This document shows, one piece after another, positions 9,289 through 19,365 of a DNA stretch of 64,000 nucleotides. Position numbers and translations under genes: made by a program. Each line of letters opens with the position of its first letter. Position 1 is the first letter of the stretch. The stretch comes from Acutalibacteraceae bacterium (GTDB lineage: Bacteria > Bacillota > Clostridia > Oscillospirales > Acutalibacteraceae), in contig JAZNGU010000055.1 of NCBI GenBank assembly GCA_045576615.1, positions 1,415 to 65,414 of the forward strand, read 5' to 3'. A model generated the notes under the pieces. It was not told the origin of the DNA. It made no database searches and saw only the letters and a program-made list of their open reading frames with translations.

Positions 9289-9719
9289 AAAAAATTAATG
9301 AATTGAAAATGGTGTTTGACAGCCGTTCTGTTAATGAAAGCTTTTCGCGTATGGCTGTTTCTGCTTTTTCTTCTCAACTTGATATGACAGTTGAGGAATT
9401 GGGCGATATTAAAACAGTTGTAAGTGAGGCGGTAACCAATTGCATTGTTCACGCTTATAAAAATACAATCGGTAAAATTTACATAACCTGTTCAGTTTTT
9501 GAAGAGGGAATTGTCCGCATAACAGTAAAGGACAGAGGTTGCGGCATTGAAGATGTTAATAAAGCGAGAGAACCTCTTTATACAAGCGTTGGCGGTGACC
9601 GCTCGGGGTTAGGTTTTTCTGTTATGGAAAGTTTTTCTGATAAACTCCGTGTTCGCTCAAAGGTTGGTGTTGGCACAACAGTTACTATCGAAAAAAGAAT
9701 TTGCGGTAAAACAAAATGA
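9285..9719 (+). CDS. spoIIAB: Anti-sigma-F factor (serine kinase, GHKL fold)
   Basis: 144 aa. EAVTNCIVHAY (N-box), DRGCGIED (G1), SGLGF (G2). ATGA overlaps on both sides. Confidence 0.92.
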   Translation: MKKINELKMVFDSRSVNESFSRMAVSAFSSQLDMTVEELGDIKTVVSEAVTNCIVHAYKNTIGKIYITCSVFEEGIVRITVKDRGCGIEDVNKAREPLYTSVGGDRSGLGFSVMESFSDKLRVRSKVGVGTTVTIEKRICGKTK

Positions 9720-10375
9720 CCCAAAGAGAAAAAAGAATAAATGATAATCTGGGGCTTGTTCACTCCTGTGCTCAAAGGTTTAAAAACAGGGGTGTGGAAT
9801 ATGAGGATTTGTTTCAGGCGGGGTGCGTGGGTCTTATAAAGGCGGCAGACGGCTTCGATGAAAGTCGTGGTTATGTTTTTTCAACTTATGCTGTACCTGC
9901 TATATTGGGCGAAATTAAGCGGATTTTTCGTGATGGCGGAGCTGTTAAGGTGAGTCGTTCAATGAAAGAACGCTCAAAAGAAATCTGGTCAGAAAAAGAA
10001 AAACTTGAAAATGAAAAAGGCTATGAGCCCACTTTGACGGAAATTGCAGAAAGAGTAGGTTTGAGCGTATATGAAACAAGTGAACTTTTACTCGCTTCGC
10101 AACCTGTTGTTTCACTTACTTCGGGTGATAGTGAAAGCGACGAAAAACAGTTCGATATACCCATAGATAGTGAGGAAGAAAAAATCAATGAAAAACTTAG
10201 CCTTGATAAATGCATTGAAGAGCTTCCTGAGAAAGACAGGAAATTAATAGAATTGAGATATTTTATGTCCAAAACTCAAACAGAGGTTGCAAAAAAAATG
10301 GGAATGTCGCAGGTTCAGGTTTCAAGGCGGGAAAAGAAAATTTTAAAAGAAATCAGAGAAAAAATGACTGTTTAG
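9716..10375 (+). CDS. sigF: Sporulation sigma factor F
   Basis: 219 aa. Region 2 (DLFQAGCVGLIKA...FSTYAVPAILGEIKR) and region 4 (TQTEVAKKMGMSQVQVSRREKK). Third gene after spoIIAA and spoIIAB. The N-terminus is shorter than B. subtilis SigF. Confidence 0.88.
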   Translation: MTQREKRINDNLGLVHSCAQRFKNRGVEYEDLFQAGCVGLIKAADGFDESRGYVFSTYAVPAILGEIKRIFRDGGAVKVSRSMKERSKEIWSEKEKLENEKGYEPTLTEIAERVGLSVYETSELLLASQPVVSLTSGDSESDEKQFDIPIDSEEEKINEKLSLDKCIEELPEKDRKLIELRYFMSKTQTEVAKKMGMSQVQVSRREKKILKEIREKMTV

Positions 10376-10532
10376 CTTAACATAACAAAAATATCGTTTT
10401 AACATAATAAAAGAATGTTGAAAATGATAAGTCAAAAAATGTGAAATATACTTGAAAAAAGAGGGGAGTTAGTATAAAATATATTCGGTAAAAAATTAAC
10501 AATATAAAAAATGTTAAAAGGAGTAATCAAAA

Positions 10533-11744
10533 ATGGGTCTTTTAAACAAGAAAACAGTTGATGATATCAACGCAAAAGGCAAAAAGGTGCTTGTTCGTTG
10601 CGATTTTAACGTTCCGCTTAAAGATGGCGTTATCACAGACGAAAACCGTATCACAGCCGCTCTTCCCACAATCAAGAAACTTCTCGATGATGGTGCACAG
10701 GTTATCCTTTGCTCTCACCTTGGTAAAGTTAAAAACGGCCCCAACGAAAAAGAAAGCCTTGCTCCCGTAGCAAAAAGACTTTCCGAAGTTCTCAATAAAG
10801 ATGTTGTTTTCGCAGCAGACGATGTAGTTGTTGGCGAAAATGCTAAAAAAGCAGTTGCAGAAATGAAAGATGGCGATGTTGTTCTTCTTCAGAACACTCG
10901 TTTCCGTCCCGAAGAAACAAAGAACGGCGAAGCTTTCTCAAAAGAACTTGCTTCTCTTTGCGATATCTATGTAAATGATGCTTTCGGTGCAGCTCACAGA
11001 GCACATTGCTCAACAGTTGGTGTTGCTTCTTTCGTTGAAGAAGCTGCAGTTGGTTACCTTATGGGAAAAGAACTTAAATACCTTGGCAACGCTGTTGAAG
11101 ACCCCCAGAGACCTTTCGTTACAATTCTCGGTGGTGCAAAAGTTGCTGACAAGCTTAATGTTATTGAAAATCTTCTTAACAAAGCAGATACTCTTATCAT
11201 CGGTGGTGGTATGGCTTACACATTCCTTGCAGCTAAAGGTTATAGTGTAGGTACATCTCTCCTTGATGAAACAAAGATTGATTACTGCAAAGATATGCTC
11301 GCAAAGGCTGAAGAAAAAGGCGTTAAGATTCTTCTTCCTGTTGATGTTACAATCACAAAAGAATTCCCTGATCCCATTGATGCAGAAATCGAAGTTCAGG
11401 TTTGCGATGCAGACAAAATCCCTGCAGATATGATGAGCCTTGATATCGGTCCCAAAACAGCAGAGCTTTATGCAGAAGCAGTTAAATCTGCAAAAACAGT
11501 TGTTTGGAACGGTCCTATGGGCGTTTTCGAAAACCCAATCCTTGCAAAAGGTACAATTGCAGTTGCTAAATCTCTTGCTGAAACTGATGCAGTTACAATC
11601 ATCGGTGGTGGCGACTCTGCAGCGGCAGTTAACACTCTTGGCTTCGGTGCAAAAATGACTCACATCTCAACAGGTGGCGGTGCTTCACTTGAATTCCTCG
11701 AAGGTAAAGCACTTCCCGGCATTGAAGCAGTTAACGATAAATAA
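10533..11744 (+). CDS. pgk: Phosphoglycerate kinase
   Basis: 403 aa. RCDFNVP, SHLG, NTRF, GGGD motifs with full-length similarity. Confidence 0.96.
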   Translation: MGLLNKKTVDDINAKGKKVLVRCDFNVPLKDGVITDENRITAALPTIKKLLDDGAQVILCSHLGKVKNGPNEKESLAPVAKRLSEVLNKDVVFAADDVVVGENAKKAVAEMKDGDVVLLQNTRFRPEETKNGEAFSKELASLCDIYVNDAFGAAHRAHCSTVGVASFVEEAAVGYLMGKELKYLGNAVEDPQRPFVTILGGAKVADKLNVIENLLNKADTLIIGGGMAYTFLAAKGYSVGTSLLDETKIDYCKDMLAKAEEKGVKILLPVDVTITKEFPDPIDAEIEVQVCDADKIPADMMSLDIGPKTAELYAEAVKSAKTVVWNGPMGVFENPILAKGTIAVAKSLAETDAVTIIGGGDSAAAVNTLGFGAKMTHISTGGGASLEFLEGKALPGIEAVNDK

Positions 11745-11763
11745 TATAGTACGCGCATTTGTG

Positions 11764-11814
11764 GAGTTACTGACCCAAACTCGCGTATCTCATACGCTTC
11801 GGGGTCACTAACTC
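11764..11814 (+). other. GC-rich nested stem-loop in the pgk-tpiA intergenic spacer
   Basis: GAGTTACTGACCC (11764..11776) pairs with GGGTCACTAACTC (11802..11814) at 12 of 13 positions. It encloses GCGTAT-ctc-ATACGC (11783..11797). No U-tract follows. Confidence 0.5.
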
Positions 11815-11909
11815 ACCGACTGCACGCACGCTATTCTTTATCGTAATCGTTGTAAGTAAGTTATAGAATAGAGAAATAATAAATAAAATGGTTGAAAGGA
11901 TTTATAGAT

Positions 11910-12677
11910 ATGGATAAATCACTTCGTAAAGCAGTTATCGCAGGTAACTGGAAAATGAATAAAACTCCCGATGAAGCAAAAGCTATCATCAACGAAATGA
12001 AACCCCTTGTTGCAAATGCTGATTGTGACGTAGTTCTCTGCGTTCCTTATATCGACATTTTTGCAGCGCAGGAAGCAGCTGCAGGCTCCAACATCAAAAT
12101 TGGCGCGGAAAACTGCCACTGGGCAGAAAGTGGTGCTTTCACAGGCGAAGTTTCAGCTCCTATGCTTAAAGCTATCGGTGTTGAATATGTTATTATCGGT
12201 CACTCCGAAAGAAGACAGTATTTCGGTGAAACTGACGAAACAGTTAACAAGAGGGTAAGAGCTGCTCTTGACAGCGGTCTTACAGTAATCCTTTGCGTTG
12301 GCGAACTTCTCGACGAACGTAAAAAAGGCGTTACAATGGAAGTTGTTCGTTCACAGACTAAAATTGCTCTTCAGGGCGTTTCTAACGAAGAACTTGACAG
12401 AATTATTATCGCTTACGAACCCGTTTGGGCTATCGGTACAGGCGAAACTGCAACTGCAGAGCAGGCAAATGAAGTTAACCATGCAATCCGTGAGGTTCTT
12501 GGTGAAATCTATTGCCCCAAATGTGCAAGCCGCGTAACAATTCAGTATGGCGGTTCAATGAATGCAGGTAATGCAGCAGAGCTTCTCGCTCAGGTTGATG
12601 TTGACGGCGGTCTTATCGGCGGTGCATCTCTTAAAGCAGCAGATTTCTCTGTAATCGTTAAAGCAGCAAGCGTTTAA
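11910..12677 (+). CDS. tpiA: Triosephosphate isomerase
   Basis: AGNWKMNKT, IGHSERR, AYEPVWAIGTG motifs. Start moved to ATG 11910 (MDKSLRK...), which follows GAAAGGA; track TTG 11892 has no RBS. Confidence 0.95.
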   Translation: MDKSLRKAVIAGNWKMNKTPDEAKAIINEMKPLVANADCDVVLCVPYIDIFAAQEAAAGSNIKIGAENCHWAESGAFTGEVSAPMLKAIGVEYVIIGHSERRQYFGETDETVNKRVRAALDSGLTVILCVGELLDERKKGVTMEVVRSQTKIALQGVSNEELDRIIIAYEPVWAIGTGETATAEQANEVNHAIREVLGEIYCPKCASRVTIQYGGSMNAGNAAELLAQVDVDGGLIGGASLKAADFSVIVKAASV

Positions 12678-12688
12678 TGTGAATAAAA

Positions 12689-12717
12689 GGGCAGACAAAA
12701 TGTCTGCCCAAATTTTC
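12689..12717 (+). terminator. Stem-loop between tpiA and gpmI (weak or partial terminator, or an RNA-stability element)
   Basis: GGGCAGACA-aaa-TGTCTGCCC followed by AAATTTTC. Confidence 0.45.
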
Positions 12718-12734
12718 TGTAAAGGTGATATAAA

Positions 12735-14306
12735 ATGTCTGAAAAAGTACTTCTTGTTGTTATGGACGGTGTTGGTTACTCTAAAACAGGTCTTGGTGAC
12801 GCTGTTACTCTTGCAAACACACCCGTTCTTGACAAACTTCTTAAAGAATGCCCCAACGTTCGCTTAAAAGCTCATGGTTCAGCAGTAGGTCTTCCCTCTG
12901 ATGACGATATGGGTAACAGCGAAGTTGGTCACAATGCTCTCGGTTGCGGTCAGGTTTATTCTCAGGGTGCAAAACTTGTTAATGAATCTATCGAATCAGG
13001 CAAAATTTATGAATCAACTGCATGGAAAGAAATCGCAGGTAACTGTGTTGAGAAAAACTCAACTCTTCATTTTATCGGTCTTCTTTCCGATGGTAATGTT
13101 CACTCAAATATTTCTCACCTTATTGCAATGCTCAAGCAGGCAAAAGCAGAGGGTGTAAAGAGTGTTCGTGCTCATATTCTTCTTGATGGTCGTGATGTTC
13201 CTGCAACATCAGGTCTTCAGTATGTTGCAGAGCTTGAAAATGCTCTCAACGAGCTTAATGACGATACATTCTGCGGTAAAATCGCATCAGGCGGCGGCAG
13301 AATGGTTATCACAATGGACCGTTACGAAGCAAACTGGAATATGGTAAAACTCGGTTGGGACACTCATGTTAAAGGCATCGGCAGACAGTTTGCAAGTGCA
13401 ACTGAAGCAATCGAAACCTATCGTGCAGAAAACGATGGTGTTATCGACCAGGATTTGCCTCCTTTTGTTATTGCTGAAAATGGCGAGCCCGTTGGCGCAA
13501 TTAAAGATGGTGACAGTGTAGTTCTTTTCAACTTCCGTGGTGACCGTGCAATTGAGCTTTCAATGGCGTTTGATAATGATGAGTTCACTGCATTTGACAG
13601 AGGTGCAAAGCCCGATGTTTGCTATGCAGGTATGCTTCAGTATGATGGCGACCTTAAACTTCCTGCTCGTTTCCTTGTTAATCCTCCCGAAATCAAAGAT
13701 ACTCTTTCAGAGCTTCTTGTTTCAAAGGGTATGAATCAGTTTGCAGTTTCCGAAACTCAGAAATACGGTCACGTAACATATTTCTGGAATGGTAACAAGA
13801 GCGATAAATTCTCAGAAGAACTTGAAACATATATGGAAATTCCTTCCGATAAGGTTTCATTTGACGAAAGACCCTGGATGAAATCCGCAGAGGTTACAGA
13901 TGCAGTTATTGAAGCTATGGAAAGCGGTAAATATGACTTCATCCGTTGCAACTATCCTAATGGTGATATGGTTGGCCACACAGGTAACCTTGATGCAACA
14001 ATTACAGCTGTTGAAGCAGTTGACCTTGGTCTTGCAAGAGTTCTTAAAGCAGCAGATAAATGCGGTGTAACAGTTCTTATTACTGCTGACCACGGTAACG
14101 CTGACGAAATGCTTGAAAAGGACAAAAAGGGTAATGTTGCTCCCAGAACAGCACACTCTCTCAATGAAGTTCCTTTCATTGTTTACAGCAAAAATGCTTA
14201 CGAACTTAAAGACGGTGCATTCGGTCTTGCAAACGTTGCTCCCACAGTAGCAACAATTTTCGGTATCGAACCCTATGCTTCATGGGAAGAATCAATGATT
14301 AAATAA
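12735..14306 (+). CDS. gpmI: 2,3-bisphosphoglycerate-independent phosphoglycerate mutase
   Basis: 523 aa. VMDG.G, GNSEVGH, ADHGNAD motifs. Confidence 0.95.
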   Translation: MSEKVLLVVMDGVGYSKTGLGDAVTLANTPVLDKLLKECPNVRLKAHGSAVGLPSDDDMGNSEVGHNALGCGQVYSQGAKLVNESIESGKIYESTAWKEIAGNCVEKNSTLHFIGLLSDGNVHSNISHLIAMLKQAKAEGVKSVRAHILLDGRDVPATSGLQYVAELENALNELNDDTFCGKIASGGGRMVITMDRYEANWNMVKLGWDTHVKGIGRQFASATEAIETYRAENDGVIDQDLPPFVIAENGEPVGAIKDGDSVVLFNFRGDRAIELSMAFDNDEFTAFDRGAKPDVCYAGMLQYDGDLKLPARFLVNPPEIKDTLSELLVSKGMNQFAVSETQKYGHVTYFWNGNKSDKFSEELETYMEIPSDKVSFDERPWMKSAEVTDAVIEAMESGKYDFIRCNYPNGDMVGHTGNLDATITAVEAVDLGLARVLKAADKCGVTVLITADHGNADEMLEKDKKGNVAPRTAHSLNEVPFIVYSKNAYELKDGAFGLANVAPTVATIFGIEPYASWEESMIK

Positions 14307-14320
14307 TTTGTTTAAATATA

Positions 14321-14360
14321 AACACCATTTCTCACTAATTGTAAGAAATGGTGTTTTGTT
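14321..14360. terminator. Intrinsic terminator after gpmI
   Basis: AACACCATTTCT ... AGAAATGGTGTT followed by TTTGTT. Lies between convergent genes. Confidence 0.75.
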
Positions 14361-15030
14361 ATTTCTGGTTTCTTATTAATTTATAATTCCCGCTTTTGAG
14401 GATTCTTAATAAATCATCATTTGTTTTGAGTGGCTCTTCTGTGATTATTCCGCCTAAGCCAACTCCTGCTTCTCTGTGGCAGTCGCTACCGCTTGTTTTG
14501 ATTTTAGCGTTTATTTCTTCTGCCCATTTAAGTGAATTATCGTTTGCTTCTTTATCGGCTTTGCCGTTAAAAACCTCAATTCCGTCAAGGTATTTGGGAT
14601 TAGCTCTTCTTATAAATTGCCTGAAAGGGTGTGCCTGAATAAAAACGCAACCTCTATCCCTGAATAATTTACTTACTTTTTTTATATAAAGAGGAAGTAA
14701 AAAGGGGAGTTCATAAAGCATTTCTTCTGTTACACCATAGATTAAATAGTCATTAACAGTTGCATAGAATCTTAATTCAACGCCAAGAAGAACGGAAAAA
14801 TCTTCTGTTTCAGTTTTCTTTGCTTTTCTGTACCCTTGAAGAAAATGGTCAACTGCCTTATTCTTGTTGAAAAATTCAGAGAGGTGAAATGTCATAGGGG
14901 AGTAGTGGTCTGTTATCACAATTCCCGAATAACCTGCTTCTTTATATTTTTTTACAAGCTCTTCTGCATCAAGCTGACCGCAAAGACTTGTGTTTTTTGT
15001 ATGGGCGTGTATCTCGTATTTATATTCCAT
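14359..15030 (-). CDS. PHP-domain metal-dependent phosphoesterase
   Basis: YEIHAHT...ITDH...AHP...GSDCH histidine/aspartate pattern of the PHP family. Start set to the second ATG (MEYKYEIHAHT), behind AAAGGTG. Confidence 0.75.
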   Translation of the reverse strand: MEYKYEIHAHTKNTSLCGQLDAEELVKKYKEAGYSGIVITDHYSPMTFHLSEFFNKNKAVDHFLQGYRKAKKTETEDFSVLLGVELRFYATVNDYLIYGVTEEMLYELPFLLPLYIKKVSKLFRDRGCVFIQAHPFRQFIRRANPKYLDGIEVFNGKADKEANDNSLKWAEEINAKIKTSGSDCHREAGVGLGGIITEEPLKTNDDLLRILKSGNYKLIRNQK

Positions 15031-15167
15031 ATCTGCACCTTTGTTGTAAATTCTTTTGATATTATACATTTTATATTTTTAATAATCAATGCATAAAAAT
15101 AAAAACACTTGAAAAAAGGTAAAATTTAGTATATTCTATTTGTATATTGAATTAAGGAGTAGATAAA

Positions 15168-16031
15168 ATGACAGGAATACATTTTATTGACGCTTTTTTA
15201 AGCATTTTAATTAGCATTTGTATGCTTTTTACAGGCTTTATGGATTCGGGGGATGCTTCATCAACTCCTGAGGTCGAACTTGTAAGAGAAGATAAGCTTG
15301 TCTTCCTTGATGCTTTTAAATCCGGGCAGGGCGTAACAACTGATGGTAAATATTATTATACATCAGGTTCTCTTACCGCTTTTGGTATGACAAGTCTTAC
15401 AAAATGGGATGCAGAAACTATGGAAGTTCTCGTGAAAAATGATTCTCCCATTCCTCAGGAATATATTGATAATTATGGCAGTGACCATGTTGGCGGTATC
15501 AGCTACTATGATGGCAAAATCTATGCGTCAGTTGAAAATGAAGCAGAGGATTTACCTCTTGTTATAACCTACGATGCACGCACACTTCACATTGTGGATA
15601 TTTTCGAATTACCAAATGATAATCTTCCTGATGGTATTCCGTGGTGCTGTGTTGATGGTGAAAATGGCTATCTCTATTGCTCACAGTTTAACGAGGTAAA
15701 TGAAATTCTTGCATTCGACCTTGAAACAATGGAATTTTCACATGTAATTCCTTTGTCAGAACAGGTTGTTCGTATTCAGGGTGGAGAGGTTTATGATGGA
15801 ATACTTTACCTATCTTCCGATATTGCAGACAGCAACGATGATAAGATTATGACCGTTGATGTGAAAACAGGTGCTGTTGATGAGCTCTGCACCCGCTCTC
15901 TTCCCTCTATGGCAGGTAATGAGGCAGAAGGCGTAACAGTTTATCCTATGGAAGACGGCACTTTCATTCACGTTCTTGACTACGATAAAACAGTTGGTGT
16001 TTACTTAAGACACTATAAATTAGCTGAATAA
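15168..16031 (+). CDS. Membrane-anchored hypothetical protein with beta-propeller-like repeats
   Basis: 287 aa. N-terminal hydrophobic helix. Repeated DGKYYY / YYDGKIY / NGYLY / DGILY strand-like motifs. No family recognised by eye. Confidence 0.6.
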   Translation: MTGIHFIDAFLSILISICMLFTGFMDSGDASSTPEVELVREDKLVFLDAFKSGQGVTTDGKYYYTSGSLTAFGMTSLTKWDAETMEVLVKNDSPIPQEYIDNYGSDHVGGISYYDGKIYASVENEAEDLPLVITYDARTLHIVDIFELPNDNLPDGIPWCCVDGENGYLYCSQFNEVNEILAFDLETMEFSHVIPLSEQVVRIQGGEVYDGILYLSSDIADSNDDKIMTVDVKTGAVDELCTRSLPSMAGNEAEGVTVYPMEDGTFIHVLDYDKTVGVYLRHYKLAE

Positions 16032-16036
16032 AATTT

Positions 16037-16075
16037 TGAGCCCCTTAAAACTTTCAATCAGTTTTAAGGGGCTCA
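16037..16075. terminator. Bidirectional terminator
   Basis: TGAGCCCCTTAAAAC ... GTTTTAAGGGGCTCA between convergent genes. Confidence 0.8.
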
Positions 16076-16087
16076 GTTGTTTGTAAA

Positions 16088-17182
16088 TTAAACATTAAAT
16101 CTGAAGAGAACGATATCTCCGTCCTGCATTACATATTCCTTACCTTCGGAACGAACAAGACCTTTTTCCTTTGCAACTGCCATTGAACCGCATTCCATAA
16201 GTACATCAAAGGAAACAACCTCTGCACGAATAAAGCCTCTTTCAAAGTCGGAGTGGATTTTACCTGCTGCCTGAGGTGCTTTTGTACCTTTTTTGATTGT
16301 CCAGGCTCTTACTTCGGGTTGACCTGCAGTAAGGTAGCTCATAAGACCAAGAAGGTCATAGCTACGTTCAATAAGTAAATCAAGCCCGCCTGTTGAAACG
16401 CCAAGTTCAGAAAGAAACATTTCTTTTTCTTCTGCGTCAAGCTCTGCAATCTGTGCTTCAAGCTCTGCACAAATAGGAAGCACCTGACTGCCTTCCTCTT
16501 CTGCAAGAGCTTTAACTGCATTATAACGAGCGTTTGACTCAATTTTAGATGCGAAATCCTCTTCGCTCATATTACAAGCGTAAATAACGGGTTTTGATGT
16601 AAGCAAAGCAACTGAATCAAGAATTTCTTTTTCATCGTCTGTAAGGTCAATCGCGCGTGCACAAATACCGTTATCAAGTGCTTCCCTTACCTTTTCAAGA
16701 ATTGCAAGTTCTGCAGCAAGAGTTTTATCACCTTTCATAGCTTTGGTTGTTCTGTCAATTCTTCTTTGGAGAATTTCTGCATCAGAGAGAATAAGCTCAA
16801 GGTTTATAGTTTCGATATCTCTCTGAGGGTCAACAGAGCCGTCAACGTGCATAATATCGTCATTATCAAAGCAACGAACAACGTGAATTATAGCGTCAAC
16901 CTCACGGATGTGAGAAAGGAATTTATTTCCGAGACCTTCGCCCTTTGAAGCACCTTTAACAAGACCTGCAATATCAACAAATTCAATTGTTGCAGGGGTA
17001 ACTTTAACGGGGTTATACATTTCACAAAGTGCATCAAGGCGTTTATCGGGAACTGCAACAACACCCACATTGGGTTCAATTGTGCAGAAAGCGTAGTTCG
17101 CTGCCTGAGCACCTGCATTTGTGAGTGCGTTAAAAAGTGTACTTTTACCAACGTTTGGAAGACCAACAATACCAAGTTTCAT
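16088..17182 (-). CDS. ychF: Redox-regulated ribosome-binding ATPase YchF
   Basis: 364 aa. [33 protein letters not shown], and a C-terminal TGS-like domain ending DGDI..FRFNV. Confidence 0.96.
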   Translation of the reverse strand: MKLGIVGLPNVGKSTLFNALTNAGAQAANYAFCTIEPNVGVVAVPDKRLDALCEMYNPVKVTPATIEFVDIAGLVKGASKGEGLGNKFLSHIREVDAIIHVVRCFDNDDIMHVDGSVDPQRDIETINLELILSDAEILQRRIDRTTKAMKGDKTLAAELAILEKVREALDNGICARAIDLTDDEKEILDSVALLTSKPVIYACNMSEEDFASKIESNARYNAVKALAEEEGSQVLPICAELEAQIAELDAEEKEMFLSELGVSTGGLDLLIERSYDLLGLMSYLTAGQPEVRAWTIKKGTKAPQAAGKIHSDFERGFIRAEVVSFDVLMECGSMAVAKEKGLVRSEGKEYVMQDGDIVLFRFNV

Positions 17183-17282
17183 ATAATAACTTCCTTTAAA
17201 AACATTCTTTTCAAATTGTCGCCAAGTATTTTAACATATTATAAAATGTATTTCAACATTTTACCGATAAATATTATTCTTT

Positions 17283-17312
17283 GTATAGGTAACAACGTAA
17301 CCTCCAATAATA
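17283..17312 (+). promoter_or_regulatory. Possible forespore (sigma-F/G-type) promoter upstream of gpr
   Basis: GTATA, 17 nt, CAATAATA resembles the GHATR-17/18-CATnnTA consensus. A weak match judged by eye. Confidence 0.3.
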
Positions 17313-17328
17313 GTTTAGAGGTGATTTT

Positions 17329-18207
17329 TTGAATTTCAGAACAGATCTTGCTCTTGAACGCAGGGAAATGATTAACGAAGATATTGATGGCGTTGATGTT
17401 TCAAAAACTGAAAATGACGAATGCAAAACAACCATAATTGATATTAAAACAGAAAACGCGGCGAAACGATTGGGTAAAGGTGTTGGGAAATATATCACTC
17501 TTGAAATGAATCCGTTCTCAAACGAAGCAGCAGTAAGTGACGGAAGATTAAAAGCTTTAACTGAAAGCATAAAACAGCTTTTGCCTGAAGGTGATGGCAC
17601 TGTTCTTGTGGCTGGGGTAGGGAATGAAGATATTACTTCCGATGCACTCGGTCCTGAAACCGCTTCACTGGTTTTTGCTACTCGGCATATTAACAGAGAA
17701 ATACAAAAAGCCGCAGGGTTCTCGGAAGAATTGCGACCGGTAGCAGTTGTTTCTGCAGGTGTTTTGGGTAAAACGGGAATAGAGTCGGGGGAATATATAA
17801 AAAGCATCTGTGAGGCGGTTAAGCCACAATGTATTATAACTATTGATGCGCTTGCTGCAGGTAGCGTTGAAAGGCTTGGTACAACAGTACAGATGTCAGA
17901 TACAGGAATTGCACCCGGTTCGGGGATAGGTAACGCAAGAGCAAGAATTGACAAGGATTTTATTGGTGTGCCCGTAGTTGCTATTGGCATTCCTACTGTG
18001 GTAGATGCGATTTCTTTGTCTTCTGAGCTTTCGGGTGTTTCTCCTGAAAAACTTGACAAGACCAAGCTCTTGAATGGAGAGAGAATGATTGTTGCCCCGA
18101 AAGATATTGATTTATTAATAAAAAATGCCTCGTATCTTTTGGCTCTTTCCATTAATTGTGCTTTGCAACCCACCTTGACACCCAAAGAACTCTATGCGTT
18201 AATGTAA
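17329..18207 (+). CDS. gpr: Germination protease (spore endopeptidase)
   Basis: 292 aa. N-terminal RTDLALE, and a GNEDITSDALGP... pattern of the GPR family. TTG start behind GAGGTGA. Confidence 0.88.
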   Translation: MNFRTDLALERREMINEDIDGVDVSKTENDECKTTIIDIKTENAAKRLGKGVGKYITLEMNPFSNEAAVSDGRLKALTESIKQLLPEGDGTVLVAGVGNEDITSDALGPETASLVFATRHINREIQKAAGFSEELRPVAVVSAGVLGKTGIESGEYIKSICEAVKPQCIITIDALAAGSVERLGTTVQMSDTGIAPGSGIGNARARIDKDFIGVPVVAIGIPTVVDAISLSSELSGVSPEKLDKTKLLNGERMIVAPKDIDLLIKNASYLLALSINCALQPTLTPKELYALM

Positions 18208-18252
18208 TAACAAGAAAACACTTTTCATATTTTATATTTGGGAGGTGTTTTG

Positions 18253-19365
18253 TTGAAGCGTAAAAATGTTTTAATTTATAAACTACTTTGTTTGATAATC
18301 TGTGCTGCTCTTGTTTCTTCCGTGCTTTATGGCGGAGATTATATAAGTGGAAAGATGATTGGTGCTGTAACTGATTTGTTTTCTCTGAAAAGCGATTTCC
18401 AAAGTGCCGATTTATCTGTTAATAACTCTTTTAATAATGAAAGCGATACAACATTTTCGCCATCAGGATTTGGTGGTGGCGGATATAATGTGGTCACTTA
18501 TAGAAATGGTACGCCTACTGATGTGCTTTTGCTCATGGAAGAAGCGAAAAAAATATATAAAGATTTAAAGAAAACAGGAGATATAAAAGAGCAACAGTTC
18601 TGCACAAGCGGAACGGGTACCTCCTATGGTTCGGTTTCTGTAAACAACAAAACTGATGAAAATATAAGTATTAAGAATCTTTTGAATGAGACTCCGGAAT
18701 ATGAAACAATAACAAAAGACGAGCCGTATATTCTGGTTTATCATACCCACACAACAGAGGGCTATGAACTTCTTGATCTGGGTTGGTATTCAAATCAGTT
18801 CAACTCGCGTACCAAAGACGCGCGGAAAAATATGGTAAGGGTGGGGGAGGAACTTGTAAAAGAACTTGAAGAGGCGGGATACAAGGTTATTCACGATAAA
18901 ACTATTTATGACAATAGCTATAATGGTGCTTATTCCCGTTCGCTTGTGAGTGTTGAAAAATATCTGAAAAAATATCCCTCAATTGTATTAACTCTTGATG
19001 TTCACAGGGATGCAATTCATTACGATGACGGAACCAAAAGTAAACCGACCGCAGAAATAAACGGAAAAAAAGCCGCGCAAGTTATGATTATAAGCGGTTG
19101 CGAAGGTGATGGGGTTGAAGATTTTCCAAAATGGAAAGATAACCTTATATTTGCACTTCATTTGCAAAACACAGTTGAAGAAAAATATGATGGCTTAATG
19201 CGACCTGTTTTCTTTTGCAACAGAAAGTATAATATGAATGTTACACCTTGCTCGCTTTTGCTCGAATTCGGCACAGATGCGAACACCTTGGAAGAGGCGG
19301 TTTATTCAGCGTCTTTAATCGGAAAATCTATTTCGGAAATGTTAGATAAGGAATTGGAAAAATGA
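18253..19365 (+). CDS. spoIIP: Stage II sporulation protein P
   Basis: N-terminal TM helix, YHTHTTEGY and LDVHRD motifs. Adjacent to gpr, as in B. subtilis. Start is ambiguous (TTG 18250 or 18253, behind GGAGGTG 18241..18247). Confidence 0.88.
   Translation: MKRKNVLIYKLLCLIICAALVSSVLYGGDYISGKMIGAVTDLFSLKSDFQSADLSVNNSFNNESDTTFSPSGFGGGGYNVVTYRNGTPTDVLLLMEEAKKIYKDLKKTGDIKEQQFCTSGTGTSYGSVSVNNKTDENISIKNLLNETPEYETITKDEPYILVYHTHTTEGYELLDLGWYSNQFNSRTKDARKNMVRVGEELVKELEEAGYKVIHDKTIYDNSYNGAYSRSLVSVEKYLKKYPSIVLTLDVHRDAIHYDDGTKSKPTAEINGKKAAQVMIISGCEGDGVEDFPKWKDNLIFALHLQNTVEEKYDGLMRPVFFCNRKYNMNVTPCSLLLEFGTDANTLEEAVYSASLIGKSISEMLDKELEK

Noticed and set aside
10377-10407. Direct repeat TTAACATAA x2 with 22 nt periodicity downstream of sigF and upstream of pgk
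   Set aside because: It is 9 nt of AT-rich sequence in AT-rich DNA, so a chance occurrence is plausible. It does not resemble the CggR operator or another operator I can name.
11010-11663. 217-aa Cys/Phe/Asn-rich ORF on the minus strand
   Set aside because: Antisense shadow of pgk. No RBS and an implausible composition.
17274-18185. 303-aa ORF on the minus strand
   Set aside because: It is entirely antisense to gpr, which has clear family motifs. It has a Ser/Pro/Ala-rich low-complexity composition typical of a shadow ORF, and no RBS.
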